DNA from: an uncultured Marinoscillum sp.
GTDB lineage: Bacteria > Bacteroidota > Bacteroidia > Cytophagales > MED-G16
Reading direction: 5' to 3'
NCBI GenBank assembly: GCA_964527965.1
Contig: CAZGPH010000003.1
Location: forward strand, 77,309-141,308
DNA: 64,000 nucleotides
Shown in pieces: positions 40,164 to 50,662 of this stretch. The notes under the pieces are model-generated. The model did no database searches, was not told where the DNA came from, and saw only the letters and a list, made by a program, of their open reading frames with translations. Numbering within the stretch: the first letter of the stretch is position 1; the number at the start of each line of letters is the position of its first letter. The position numbers and the translations under genes are program-made.

Positions 40164-41501
40164 TTAGGCTTTCTTTACTTTTAGAGATGAACCTTCGTTA
40201 TTAGTTACAATAATTTTTTTATTTTTTTCAATGTATTCACCAGATGTTGAGGCATCATAAATATTTTCGTCAATTATAACTTTTCCACTTGGTCTCAATA
40301 CTGTAAAAGATTTACCTTTCATATTTAGTAGATTATCTGAATATTTTTTTGAAACATATCCTTTACCGGTTTCTTGAGTTTCATTTAATGCAATTTTCTT
40401 AAATGCTTCTGAGTCAGTAAGTTTAATGCCACCAAAAAGTACTAATAAACCAAAACTAAAAACTGAAATAAAAACTGAAAGACTTGATGCAATTAAATCT
40501 CTAGATAATACAAAAGTAAAATCAAACATGTCATTATTTAACATTATTAATATTAAAGAGCCTAATGATGAGAACAGACCTATGACTCCAAAAACACCAA
40601 ATCCAGGTATAACAAATACTTCTAGAGCAATAAATATTATACCAATGAAAAATAATAAAATTTCCCAATTTTCAGCAACTCCATTTAGGTAGTATGGAAC
40701 TAAATATAAAATTAGAGCAGTTATAGAAGCTACTATAGGAAAACCTACTCCAGGTGTTTGCATTTCAAAGTATAATCCTCCAAGTATTAACAATATCAAT
40801 ACACTGCTGACTACTGGATTAAGGAAAAAAGAGATAATATCTTCTGTTGAACCTAATTCATATTTTGTTATGTTATAATTATTAATATTTTGTCTTTCTA
40901 AGATTTCTTCAATCGAATTTAATTCTGCATCACAAAATCCGAATTTTATTGCTTCTTGAGTTGAAAAAGTAATTACTTTTCCTTCGGCAGAAATACTATC
41001 TACTTCTATATCTTCATCTACCATTGCTTCAGCAATTTTTGGATCTCTACCTTTAGCCTCCGCAGTAGACCTCATTATGGATCTCATATATGACTGGTAT
41101 TTGTCAGGAGCTTGAGTTCCATCTCCTGTAACTACGGTAGCTGCTCCTATACTTGCTCCACTACTCATATAAATACTATCTGTTGCTATAGATATTAAAG
41201 CTCCTGCAGATGCAGCATCTTTATTTATCCATACATATATAGGTTTTTCGAAATCTAATATTCTAGTTCTAATATCATCGGCATCATTTACAGCTCCTCC
41301 ATATGTATCCATTTCGATAATTATTATATCATATTCTTTTTCACTTGCTTCCTCAAGTAGTAATTTTGTATACCTGTTAGTTCTTGGATCAATATTAGAT
41401 TTAATTTCTCCAACTAACACCTTTGTTTCTTTATCATTAGCATTAATAAAAAATAATGGTAGAACAGAAAATAATAAAACCTTCAATATATTTGATTTCA
41501 T
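40164..41501 (-). CDS. NfeD-family membrane-bound ClpP-class serine protease (long form)
   Basis: Signal peptide, a ClpP/S49-like domain (DTYGGAV...AASAGALI), 4-5 TM segments and a C-terminal OB-like NfeD domain (GKSFTVLRPSGKVII...). Confidence 0.8.
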   Translation of the reverse strand: MKSNILKVLLFSVLPLFFINANDKETKVLVGEIKSNIDPRTNRYTKLLLEEASEKEYDIIIIEMDTYGGAVNDADDIRTRILDFEKPIYVWINKDAASAGALISIATDSIYMSSGASIGAATVVTGDGTQAPDKYQSYMRSIMRSTAEAKGRDPKIAEAMVDEDIEVDSISAEGKVITFSTQEAIKFGFCDAELNSIEEILERQNINNYNITKYELGSTEDIISFFLNPVVSSVLILLILGGLYFEMQTPGVGFPIVASITALILYLVPYYLNGVAENWEILLFFIGIIFIALEVFVIPGFGVFGVIGLFSSLGSLILIMLNNDMFDFTFVLSRDLIASSLSVFISVFSFGLLVLFGGIKLTDSEAFKKIALNETQETGKGYVSKKYSDNLLNMKGKSFTVLRPSGKVIIDENIYDASTSGEYIEKNKKIIVTNNEGSSLKVKKA

Positions 41502-41522
41502 AACAAGTTTTAATTTGAAATT

Positions 41523-42056
41523 ATGTCAATAAAGTTATTAAAAATTGCTCTAATATTTTTCTTTATTTCTTATAACAACTCTTATGCTCAACGTAAAGAA
41601 TACCATACCGTAGAAAAAGGTGAAACTTTTTACTCAATATCTAAAAAGTTTAATAAGAGTATTGAAGAACTTAAGAGTATTAATAATTTAAAAGGGAATA
41701 CTCTTTCGATAGGCCAAAAAATAATAATAAGTGAATTTGAACCAGAAGACGATGTTATTATTAATTCTAATAATGAAATAAAAACGAATAGAGTAGAAGG
41801 TTTTGCTTCATCTATTAATGATTCAGAAGATTCTGATAAATATTTAGCATTACATAAAACAGCAGAGATAGGAACTATAATTTTTGTAAAAAATCAGATG
41901 AATGAAAACATAGTTATAGTTAGAGTCATAGGAAAACTCCCTAGAACAGGTAATAATGATAAAATTGATATAAGATTATCTACAGTAGCCTTTGAAAAAT
42001 TGAATGCTAAAGACCAAATTATTCCTGTAGAATTAACATATGTTGAAAAGAAATAA
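41523..42056 (+). CDS. LysM domain protein with RlpA-like double-psi beta-barrel C-terminal region
   Basis: LysM domain: YHTVEKGETFYSISKKFNKSIEELKSINNLKGNTLSIGQKIII. The C-terminal segment ...ALHKTAEIGTIIFVKNQMNENIVIVRVIGKLP...IDIRLSTVAFEKL resembles the RlpA DPBB pattern. Confidence 0.65.
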   Translation: MSIKLLKIALIFFFISYNNSYAQRKEYHTVEKGETFYSISKKFNKSIEELKSINNLKGNTLSIGQKIIISEFEPEDDVIINSNNEIKTNRVEGFASSINDSEDSDKYLALHKTAEIGTIIFVKNQMNENIVIVRVIGKLPRTGNNDKIDIRLSTVAFEKLNAKDQIIPVELTYVEKK

Positions 42057-42113
42057 AATAATAGTGGATATTATAAAATATATAAGATATATTGCGCTCT
42101 AATTTTAAATATT

Positions 42114-42308
42114 ATGAGTACAGGTAAAGTAAAATTTTTTAACATTTCTAAAGGTTACGGTTTTATTATCGAAGATGGTAATGAAGCTGAACATTTTGTT
42201 CATTCGACTGGATTAGTTGATCAAATCAACGAAGGTGATTCAGTAGAATTTGAATTAGTTGACGGTAAAAAAGGTAAAATAGCTGGAAACGTGAAAAGAA
42301 TATCTTAA
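42114..42308 (+). CDS. Cold-shock protein (CspA family)
   Basis: GKVKFFNISKGYGFI (RNP1-like) and HFVHST (RNP2-like) motifs; 64 aa. Confidence 0.92.
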   Translation: MSTGKVKFFNISKGYGFIIEDGNEAEHFVHSTGLVDQINEGDSVEFELVDGKKGKIAGNVKRIS

Positions 42309-42315
42309 TTGATAT

Positions 42316-42939
42316 TTATTTCCATTCCCCAGGATTTTCTCTCCAAGATTTTAATTTAACAAGTTCTTTCTCGCTGATATAGTTATTAGCTAGTGCAACT
42401 TCTAGTAGGTCGCTATAGTAAAATACGCTTTCAGCATTGCACTTGATTTTATTGAAATTGTCTGTCGATAGATTAAAACCGTAGTTGAATATTGATAGGA
42501 CTGCTAGAACATTAGATCCGGCATCCCTAATAGCTTCTACGGCTTTTATTGAACTGCCACCAGTTGAAATCAAGTCCTCTATGAGGATGATGTTCTTATT
42601 TTCTTCTAGTCTTCCTTCTATCAAGTTTTTCATACCATGAGATTTTGGTTTGGATCTCACATAAGAAAAGGGAAGTTCTAACTCACTTGATACTAGAGCA
42701 CCTTGTGGTATGCCTGCTGTAGCAACACCTGCTATGCTATCTACATTTTTATAATTTTCTTTAATAATTTCTGTTAATCTCTCTGTTATTTCTGATCTTA
42801 TTTTAGGATATGATAATGAAATTCTATTATCAAAATATATAGGAGATTTCCAACCTGAAGCCCAATTAAAGGGGGTTTTAAGATTAATCTTTATTGAATT
42901 TATTTTCAGCAAACTATTTAATAGCTCTAGAGATTTCAT
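42316..42939 (-). CDS. pyrE: Orotate phosphoribosyltransferase
   Basis: SGWKSPIYFDNR motif and the PRPP loop IILIEDLISTGGSS. Confidence 0.9.
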   Translation of the reverse strand: MKSLELLNSLLKINSIKINLKTPFNWASGWKSPIYFDNRISLSYPKIRSEITERLTEIIKENYKNVDSIAGVATAGIPQGALVSSELELPFSYVRSKPKSHGMKNLIEGRLEENKNIILIEDLISTGGSSIKAVEAIRDAGSNVLAVLSIFNYGFNLSTDNFNKIKCNAESVFYYSDLLEVALANNYISEKELVKLKSWRENPGEWK

Positions 42940-42994
42940 ATTTTAACAAAAGTAAGATTAATTTTAATATTATTTCATTCAATTTTATCTTTAT

Positions 42995-43684
42995 ATGAAA
43001 ACTATATTTGTAAATGATATCCCTATCTTTTTTAACCCTCTCAATAATTTAAAATTAAAAAAAGAAGATTTTGATACTTATGTTGATGGTTCATCAGGAA
43101 TAGTTCCTAAAAAATTATATTCTAGAGTTTTAATTTATGATGGTACAATAACTACTATTGTTGATTTACTTAAAAAAATGACATTGCATAAGTTTAAAAA
43201 AATATATTCTATAACAATAACTCTTAAGGATTATAAGTCAGTACTTAAAAAAGTAAAAAAAATGTTTAATATAGTTAAGGCAGGAGGAGGGGTTGTTAAA
43301 AATAAATCAGATGAAATCCTTTTTATTTATAGGATGAAGAAGTGGGATCTCCCAAAAGGTAAACTTGATAAGGGTGAGACAATAAAAGACTGTGCAAAGA
43401 GAGAGGTTGAAGAGGAAACTATGGTTGATGTTGAGTGTAAAGAAAAAATCACTTCTACATGGCACACATATACTAGAAATAAAAAATATGTTTTGAAGAA
43501 GACAACCTGGTTTAGAATGGACAGTATAGATGATTCAAAGATGAAGCCACAGAAAAAAGAAAAGATTGAAAAGGTAGAGTGGATGAAAAAATCAATAATT
43601 GATGATATTTTACTAAACTCTTATAAGACACTTAATTTTGTTATGAAGAAATATTATAAAAAAAATATTAAATCTGAGAAATAG
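42995..43684 (+). CDS. NUDIX hydrolase with N-terminal extension
   Basis: Nudix box GKLDKGETIKDCAKREVEEETMV. Confidence 0.8.
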   Translation: MKTIFVNDIPIFFNPLNNLKLKKEDFDTYVDGSSGIVPKKLYSRVLIYDGTITTIVDLLKKMTLHKFKKIYSITITLKDYKSVLKKVKKMFNIVKAGGGVVKNKSDEILFIYRMKKWDLPKGKLDKGETIKDCAKREVEEETMVDVECKEKITSTWHTYTRNKKYVLKKTTWFRMDSIDDSKMKPQKKEKIEKVEWMKKSIIDDILLNSYKTLNFVMKKYYKKNIKSEK

Positions 43685-44879
43685 CCTTTATAGTATTTTC
43701 AATTTCTTCTCCATTATTATATACTGAAACTCCTAGTCTTGTAACTCCACCTTGTTCTTCTAGTCCCAATTTTTGTATTGCTTTTATTGCATAAAAGTGT
43801 CCATCCCAAGCACAAATATTTTTCTTTCCAAGTAATTTACAGACCTCATTTGCAGATTTAGTTTTATGTACAAATGAAACAGTAGGTGTTCTTAAATTAG
43901 AAAAATCAGGTCCTATAACTTCTATATTTTTAATGCTAGAAAGGGAATTATATAAATATGATGCTAATTTATTTTCATGTTTTCCAAGTTTTTCATAAGC
44001 GTCATTAATTTGATCTCTATATGAATTTCCAGACCCTAAAGATGAAATAAAATCAATAGCCTTCTCAACCCCATGACATGCCGCATGGTTTAATGTCCCT
44101 GTCTCAATTCTATATGGAGCCTTTTGATCTTGAACAATAAGCCTATCAGTTTCTAATTTATCTAGCAAATTTAACTTGCAATATAAAACTCCAATATGTG
44201 GCCCGTAAAATTTATAAGCCGAACACAATAAGATATCACAACCAATTTTTTTTACATCAATAGGGAAGTGTGGAGCATAATGTACAGCATCAAGTAAAAA
44301 TAGAATGTCTTTATTTTCTATTATTTTTTTAATTTTAGAAAAATCATTAACTGTCCCTATAGCATTTGAAGACATACCCATTGCTATCATTACAGTATTA
44401 TCATTTATTTTATTTTTAAAATCATCATAGTCTAAAACACCATTTTCTAAAACATTAATTCTTATAATTTTAATTCCTTTTTCGACAAGTGTTTTCCATG
44501 GACCTCTATTTGCCTCATGATCAAGGTCAGTAATTATAACTTCATCTCCCTTCCTAAATAATTTAGATAGACCTCTTGCTAAACTGAAATTTAAGGTAGT
44601 CATGTTGTGACCTAATGAAATACATTTTTTATTTTCCGCTCCTAAGAATATGGATGCTTTTTCTCTTAAGGAATCCATTAATATATCAGTTTCTTTACTG
44701 GTATTAAATTCACCATGTGTATTAGCATTACACTTCTTATAGTAATTAGATATTCCTTCTATAACCATATTTGGAACCTGTGTGCCACCAGGACCATCTA
44801 AATAAATAATTTGATTTCCATTTTTATCTTTTAGAGAGAGTGATGGGAATTGCTTTCTTATTGCATCTATATTAAGCAT
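43668..44879 (-). CDS. Class V aminotransferase-fold PLP enzyme (cysteine desulfurase-like family)
   Basis: Carries a DAVHYAPH motif and SAYKFYGPH with the PLP-binding Lys. At 403 aa, it resembles the cysteine desulfurase-like family rather than IscS. Confidence 0.7.
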   Translation of the reverse strand: MLNIDAIRKQFPSLSLKDKNGNQIIYLDGPGGTQVPNMVIEGISNYYKKCNANTHGEFNTSKETDILMDSLREKASIFLGAENKKCISLGHNMTTLNFSLARGLSKLFRKGDEVIITDLDHEANRGPWKTLVEKGIKIIRINVLENGVLDYDDFKNKINDNTVMIAMGMSSNAIGTVNDFSKIKKIIENKDILFLLDAVHYAPHFPIDVKKIGCDILLCSAYKFYGPHIGVLYCKLNLLDKLETDRLIVQDQKAPYRIETGTLNHAACHGVEKAIDFISSLGSGNSYRDQINDAYEKLGKHENKLASYLYNSLSSIKNIEVIGPDFSNLRTPTVSFVHKTKSANEVCKLLGKKNICAWDGHFYAIKAIQKLGLEEQGGVTRLGVSVYNNGEEIENTIKAISQI

Positions 44880-46209
44880 ATTTTTTTTGATAAATATAGA
44901 TAGGAATAGAAAAGGAAAGTAGAAATAAACCAGATATTATTGACTCATATCCTACTCCATAAATTAACCAGATAATAAATATAAAGGAGGGTATTCCAGT
45001 AAATAATGATGTTTTTAGTTCTGATATTGGTTTTCTTTGTTTTACTAAAATTGTAAACTCAGAAATAGAGACAAATAAGTACAGCATCAGGCTACAAAAT
45101 GTAGAAGTTAAAATTAAGTATGTAAAAATATCAGTTAAGCTTTTTGAAAAATTCATAATAATTAAAAAACTAACAATTAAAGTAGATATTATAAGACCTA
45201 TGTATGGAACATCATTTTTATTTTTTTTCATAAAAATTTTTCCCATTAGTTTTCTCTTTGCTAAAGATTTTGGTATTTCAATCTGCAATAATGTCCATCC
45301 ATTTAAAGATCCCAAACCAGATATTATAGCAAATATTGCAATTGTTTTTTTTAGATTATCACCTAATACTGAACCAATAGCATCTGCAAATGGGGCATTT
45401 GAGTTAGCTATCTCATCAGTAGGAATTATTCCTATTAAGGCAATCATAGATAGTAGATAAATTAAAATTGTTATGATTGTCCCAATCATTGTAGCTCTTG
45501 GTATATTCTCTTTAGGGTTCTCAATTCTATCAGCTGGTATTGTAGCGGATTCTATTCCAAGAAAAGCAAAAAATGTTAGAGTGGTAGTAATATTAATTGC
45601 ATTAAAATTTGAATCTTCTGATGAATTAATTGGAAAAAAATTACTTATTTCAAAAACGTAAAAACCAATAACTATAGTTATTAATAATGGTATTATTTTT
45701 ATTAATGAGGTTACAAGTTGAAAATTACCTGCTCTTTTCACTCCATTATAATTAATCAATGCAATTATTAATAAAATTAAAATTGTAAAGATCATCGCAA
45801 AATTTGTAATATTGAGAAAGTCAAAGAATACTGTGGAGTAACTGGTGATAGCTATAGCAATACTTGCATTTACTAGAAGAATAGATACCCAATAACCCCA
45901 AATAACAAAGAAACCAATAAATTCTCCAAAACTTTTTTCAGTATAGTAGAATGCACCATTTTCACCCGGATACTTAGAACTTAATCTTCTAAAGATAGAA
46001 GCTATAAATAGAGCCATCAATCCTGAAGTTATCCAACCAATAATACTTATTGATCCATATTGAGATAAAGATACTGGTAGCATAAATATTCCAACACCGA
46101 TCATATTACCTAATACCAAGCTGATAGATTGTCTTAAATTTAATTTGATATTTTTTGAACTACTCATAGATAATCCTAATATAATATTTTTAATTTTATA
46201 ATTAGTCAT
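44872..46209 (-). CDS. Amino acid permease (APC superfamily)
   Basis: 12 TM-type hydrophobic profile with the N-terminal VLGNMIGVGIFMLP signature. An alternative start exists at Met15 (46167). Confidence 0.8.
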   Translation of the reverse strand: MTNYKIKNIILGLSMSSSKNIKLNLRQSISLVLGNMIGVGIFMLPVSLSQYGSISIIGWITSGLMALFIASIFRRLSSKYPGENGAFYYTEKSFGEFIGFFVIWGYWVSILLVNASIAIAITSYSTVFFDFLNITNFAMIFTILILLIIALINYNGVKRAGNFQLVTSLIKIIPLLITIVIGFYVFEISNFFPINSSEDSNFNAINITTTLTFFAFLGIESATIPADRIENPKENIPRATMIGTIITILIYLLSMIALIGIIPTDEIANSNAPFADAIGSVLGDNLKKTIAIFAIISGLGSLNGWTLLQIEIPKSLAKRKLMGKIFMKKNKNDVPYIGLIISTLIVSFLIIMNFSKSLTDIFTYLILTSTFCSLMLYLFVSISEFTILVKQRKPISELKTSLFTGIPSFIFIIWLIYGVGYESIISGLFLLSFSIPIYIYQKKYA

Positions 46210-47694
46210 ATGAATTTATCAGAAAAAAAACATTCAATTGGTATTGACCTGGGTAGCTCTTCAGTTAAAATGACATTAATTAATCTTCTTAATGGAGAAA
46301 ATATAGATACTGTAACCTATCCTCAAAAAGAGATGAAGATAGAATCTCCAAAAAAAGGTTGGGCTGAACAAGACCCTAAATTATGGTGGAATTGTGTGAA
46401 AGAATGCTTTTATTTTCTTAAGAAAAGAAATAATCTACAATCTGTTATTTCTATAGGTATATCATATCAGATGCATGGTCTCGTTGCAATTGATGAAAAT
46501 GGAGATATTCTTTTTCCATCTATCATATGGTGTGATTCTAGAGCTATTAAAATTGGTGAAGATGCAAATAAGAAGTTGAGTAAATCATTAATATCTGACC
46601 ATTTATTAAACTCTCCTGGAAATTTCACTGCATCTAAATTAAGATGGGTAAAGGAAAATAATTTAAATGAGTACTCCTCAATATATAAATTTATGTTACC
46701 TGGTGATTACTTATTATTTAAGCTTACTGGAAAGTTATCCACTACAAAATGTGGTTTGTCGGAGGGTATATTATGGGATTTTGAAAATGAAAAAATATCT
46801 GAAGAATTAATAAACTTTTATGGTATAGATAAAAATAAATTCCCTGATGTGGTTGATTCATTTGGTGACCAGGGAACATTGCTAAAAGAAAACTGTGATG
46901 AATTCGGTCTAAATGATAATGTTGTTATATCATATAGGTGTGGAGATCAACCTAATAATGCATTTTCATTAAATGTTTTAGAGCCTGGAGAAATTGCTGC
47001 TACAGCAGGAACATCAGCCGTTATATATTGTATTTCAGATAAGAAAATATATGATCAAAATAATAGAATTAATACTTTTTTACATTGTAATAATTCCTCT
47101 CGAAAAAAAAGAAATGGGATCTTACTTTGTATAAATGGATCAGGAATAGCTTATTCATGGATAAAAAAAATTTTAGGTGAGGTTTCTTATTCTGAAATGG
47201 ATAAAAACGCAGAATCTATTAAAACATTAGATGATTTAATATTTTTTCCTTTTGGAAATGGATCAGAAAGAATATTATCTAATAATACCAATATTAAATC
47301 CATGTTTCATGGTATTGACTTTAATAGGCATAATAAATATCATTTGACTAAATCGGTTCTAGAAGGTGTTTCATTTTCATTATCATATGGAATTGAATTA
47401 TTAAGAGATATGGGCATAGAGGTGAATACTGTTAAAGTTGGAAATCAAAATCTTTTTAAAAGTAAAATTTTCAGAAAGACATTTGTTAATATATCCAAGG
47501 TAAAATTATTAGTTTATGAAACAGATGGGTCTATTGGAGCCGCAAGAGGTGCCGGAATAGGAATAGGTTACTATAAAGACGAAAAAGATGCCTTTCAAAG
47601 TCTTGAGTGTGTAGATGAATTGAACCCCTCTCATTCACAAAATTTAGAAGAGTCTTATCTAAATTGGAAAATGGTATTAAATAAATTAAATTAA
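46210..47694 (+). CDS. xylB: Xylulokinase (FGGY family)
   Basis: IGIDLGSSSVK N-terminus, QMHGLV motif and FGGY C-terminal domain. It lies immediately upstream of xylA. Confidence 0.85.
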   Translation: MNLSEKKHSIGIDLGSSSVKMTLINLLNGENIDTVTYPQKEMKIESPKKGWAEQDPKLWWNCVKECFYFLKKRNNLQSVISIGISYQMHGLVAIDENGDILFPSIIWCDSRAIKIGEDANKKLSKSLISDHLLNSPGNFTASKLRWVKENNLNEYSSIYKFMLPGDYLLFKLTGKLSTTKCGLSEGILWDFENEKISEELINFYGIDKNKFPDVVDSFGDQGTLLKENCDEFGLNDNVVISYRCGDQPNNAFSLNVLEPGEIAATAGTSAVIYCISDKKIYDQNNRINTFLHCNNSSRKKRNGILLCINGSGIAYSWIKKILGEVSYSEMDKNAESIKTLDDLIFFPFGNGSERILSNNTNIKSMFHGIDFNRHNKYHLTKSVLEGVSFSLSYGIELLRDMGIEVNTVKVGNQNLFKSKIFRKTFVNISKVKLLVYETDGSIGAARGAGIGIGYYKDEKDAFQSLECVDELNPSHSQNLEESYLNWKMVLNKLN

Positions 47695-47698
47695 AAAC

Positions 47699-49027
47699 GT
47701 GGGAACTATAATAGGTCAGAAAGAATTTTTTAAAGGTATTGATCAAATAAATTTTGAGGGGGAGGAATCCGATAACCCTTTTTCTTATCGATTTTATGAT
47801 AAAGAAAAAGTTGTATTGGGAAAGCCGATGAAAGAGCATTTTAAATTTGCTGTAGCATACTGGCATTCTTTTGTAAATTCTGGTAATGATCCTTTTGGAA
47901 TTGGCACCAAAAAATATCCTTGGATGGAATTAAAAGATGTTAAGCAAAGATCATATCAAAAGATGGATGCTGCGTTTGAATTTATATCTAAACTTGATTT
48001 AGAATATTTTTGTTTTCATGATTTTGATCTAGTAGATGAAGGAAAAACGATATCAGAATCAGAAAAACGATTAGATGATATATCTGATTATTGTATTTTG
48101 AAAATGAAAAACTCTAAAATAAAGCCATTATGGGGTACAGCTAATTTATTTTCTAATCCAAGATATATGAATGGGGCAGCAACTAATCCTGATTTTGATG
48201 TTGTCTCATATGCAGGTGCTCAAGTAAAAAACGCAATAGATGTTACCATAAAGTTAAAGGGTGAAAATTATGTGTTTTGGGGTGGAAGAGAAGGCTACAT
48301 GTCTCTTCTTAATACTGATATGAAAAGAGAACTTGATAATCTTGCTACATTTCTCCATATGGCTAAAGACTATGGTAGATCTCAAGGCTTTAAAGGATGT
48401 TACTTTATTGAACCTAAACCTATGGAGCCATCAAAACATCAATATGATTATGATGCTGCCACTGTAATTGGATTTTTAAAAGAATATAATCTTGATAAAG
48501 ATTTTAAACTAAATATTGAGGTTAATCATGCAACACTTGCAAACCATACTTTTGATCATGAGTTACAAACTGCAGCAAATTCTAATATGTTAGGAAGTAT
48601 AGATGCTAATAGAGGGGATTATCAAAATGGATGGGATACAGATCAATTCCCAAATAATATTTATGAAATTGTTGAGGCTTTACTTGTGATTATAAGATCT
48701 GGAGGACTTCAAGGTGGAGGTATTAATTTTGATGCTAAGACTAGACGGAACTCTACAGATTTAGAGGATTTATTTCATTCTCATATTGGTGGTATAGATC
48801 TATTTGCAAAATCATTATTAATTACTCAAAAAATAATTGAGGATTCAGACTATATATCAATGATAAAAAAAAGATATTCATCATTTGAATCAGATCTAGG
48901 AAAAAAATTCACAAATCGTGAGCTTACTCTTAAACAAATGAATTCATATGCAAAGAAGATAGATGAGCCTAATTTAAAATCAGGTAGACAAGAGTTTTTT
49001 GAAAACCTAATTAATAGATATATCTGA
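47699..49027 (+). CDS. xylA: Xylose isomerase (class II)
   Basis: FEGEESDNPFSYRFYD, KFAVAYWHSF, FHDFD, IEPKPMEP and NHATLANHTF motifs. GTG start as in the ORF track. Confidence 0.93.
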   Translation: MGTIIGQKEFFKGIDQINFEGEESDNPFSYRFYDKEKVVLGKPMKEHFKFAVAYWHSFVNSGNDPFGIGTKKYPWMELKDVKQRSYQKMDAAFEFISKLDLEYFCFHDFDLVDEGKTISESEKRLDDISDYCILKMKNSKIKPLWGTANLFSNPRYMNGAATNPDFDVVSYAGAQVKNAIDVTIKLKGENYVFWGGREGYMSLLNTDMKRELDNLATFLHMAKDYGRSQGFKGCYFIEPKPMEPSKHQYDYDAATVIGFLKEYNLDKDFKLNIEVNHATLANHTFDHELQTAANSNMLGSIDANRGDYQNGWDTDQFPNNIYEIVEALLVIIRSGGLQGGGINFDAKTRRNSTDLEDLFHSHIGGIDLFAKSLLITQKIIEDSDYISMIKKRYSSFESDLGKKFTNRELTLKQMNSYAKKIDEPNLKSGRQEFFENLINRYI

Positions 49028-49142
49028 TAACTTAACATATTCTTAACTTTATTTTAAGATTATATAGATAGTCTAATAACAACAAAAATATAGTTTTGGG
49101 TATTATTCAAACGTGAATAGTTTAGTTAGTTAAGTAATAAGA

Positions 49143-49170
49143 GCATTTGATTTATCAGGTGCTTTTTTTT
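49143..49170 (+). terminator. Rho-independent terminator downstream of xylA
   Basis: 8-bp stem GCATTTGA/TCAGGTGC (two G-U pairs), loop TTTA, then 8 T. The T-tract overlaps the nhaC stop codon on the other strand. Confidence 0.55.
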
Positions 49171-50623
49171 ATAGAGATAATCCAATAAATAAATACAGAA
49201 GACTTGTTATCACTCCAGAGATTAGAGCATAAGGTAACTGAGTCTTTACGTGATCTATATGATCACTTGCAGAAGCCATAGATGAAATTACAGAAGTGTC
49301 TGATATAGGAGAACAATGATCTCCAAAAAGACCTCCACCTAGAGCTGCAGCAACTGCTAAAGAACTATCTATGCCCATCTGATCAGATATAGGAACAGCA
49401 ATAGCTATCATAATAGCAAAAGTACCCCATGATGTTCCTGTAGAAAACGAAATAAAACAACTTGTCAGAAAAAGTAAAACAGGCACTAGTTTTGGTGATA
49501 AGATGTTTTCTAATTCATTAGACACGTATATTCCAGTTCCTAACTCATTACATAAGCTACCTATAGCAAATGCTAACATTATTAATAATGAGAGTTGCAT
49601 CATTCCAGACATACCCTTTATAGAATAAGAAATAATTTCTTTTATTGAAAGTATTCCATTTATGATATAGTACGCAGATGCCACTAATATCGATAATATT
49701 ACTGAGTATAAAACTGAGGTAGAACCTGATGCATTTCCTAAAATTCCAAAAAAAGTAATATTTTCTTCAGATTTATCATATCCAGTGTAGAATAACATAC
49801 ATAGCATTATCACAATCATTGAAACCATAGGAATTAACATACTCAATGAGTTTTGTTTTACTCCATCTTTAGTTTTAATTATAGTTATATCTTCAGAGAT
49901 CATAGGCGATGATCCTTTATCGAACAATTCACCTTTTTTTGTTCTCTCTTCAGCTTTTTTCATTAAGCCAAAGTCTTTACCAGTTGCGACTATGGCTAAT
50001 AAAACTATTATAACTAACATCGGATAGAAATTATATTTCATTGCAGATATCAATGCCATAAATGGATTTTCAATACCTTGAGTTATTAGCAGACCCATTA
50101 TAAATGCTCCCCATCCATTAAATGGAATTAATAGTTTAGATGGAGCTGAAGTAGAATCAGCTATATAAGCTAATTTTTCTCTTGAAATTTTAAGTTTATC
50201 AAATATAGGTCTGAATATTGTGCCAACTGTTAGTGCAGAAATATTTGACTCAACAAATATTAATATTCCCGTTAAAGAAGCATAAAACTGAACTTTTTTT
50301 CTGTTAGTCTCATCACTGCCTTTTCCTAATTTTTTTTGAAAACTTTTAATGAACCCTTCAACACCACCTGAAATTTGAATTAGAGTAATTAGTGATCCAA
50401 CTAAGAAGGTAAAAAACACTACTCTTGTGTTTCCTGGGTCATCAAATACGCTTACAATATTTTCAATTGTCAAGAAAAGCCCTTCTAATGGATTCCAATT
50501 TCCTATTATAAGCCATCCAAAAAAAATACCAGTTAATAAAGATATAAAAACCTGTTTTGTTCTTATTGCTAATATAATTGCTATCAATGGTGGAATTAAA
50601 GAGAGAAAACCATAGTTATCCAT
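49169..50623 (-). CDS. nhaC: Na+/H+ antiporter, NhaC family
   Basis: FLSLIPPLIAIILAIRTKQV N-terminus and a polytopic profile typical of NhaC-family proteins. Confidence 0.8.
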   Translation of the reverse strand: MDNYGFLSLIPPLIAIILAIRTKQVFISLLTGIFFGWLIIGNWNPLEGLFLTIENIVSVFDDPGNTRVVFFTFLVGSLITLIQISGGVEGFIKSFQKKLGKGSDETNRKKVQFYASLTGILIFVESNISALTVGTIFRPIFDKLKISREKLAYIADSTSAPSKLLIPFNGWGAFIMGLLITQGIENPFMALISAMKYNFYPMLVIIVLLAIVATGKDFGLMKKAEERTKKGELFDKGSSPMISEDITIIKTKDGVKQNSLSMLIPMVSMIVIMLCMLFYTGYDKSEENITFFGILGNASGSTSVLYSVILSILVASAYYIINGILSIKEIISYSIKGMSGMMQLSLLIMLAFAIGSLCNELGTGIYVSNELENILSPKLVPVLLFLTSCFISFSTGTSWGTFAIMIAIAVPISDQMGIDSSLAVAAALGGGLFGDHCSPISDTSVISSMASASDHIDHVKTQLPYALISGVITSLLYLFIGLSL

Positions 50624-50662
50624 AAATCAATATTAACTAAATTTGTATGAAATAAATTACAT

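Noticed and set aside
47531-47866. A 111-aa minus-strand ORF bridging the xylB/xylA junction.
   Set aside because: It overlaps two well-supported genes on the opposite strand and has a Lys/Phe/Leu-rich, low-information translation.
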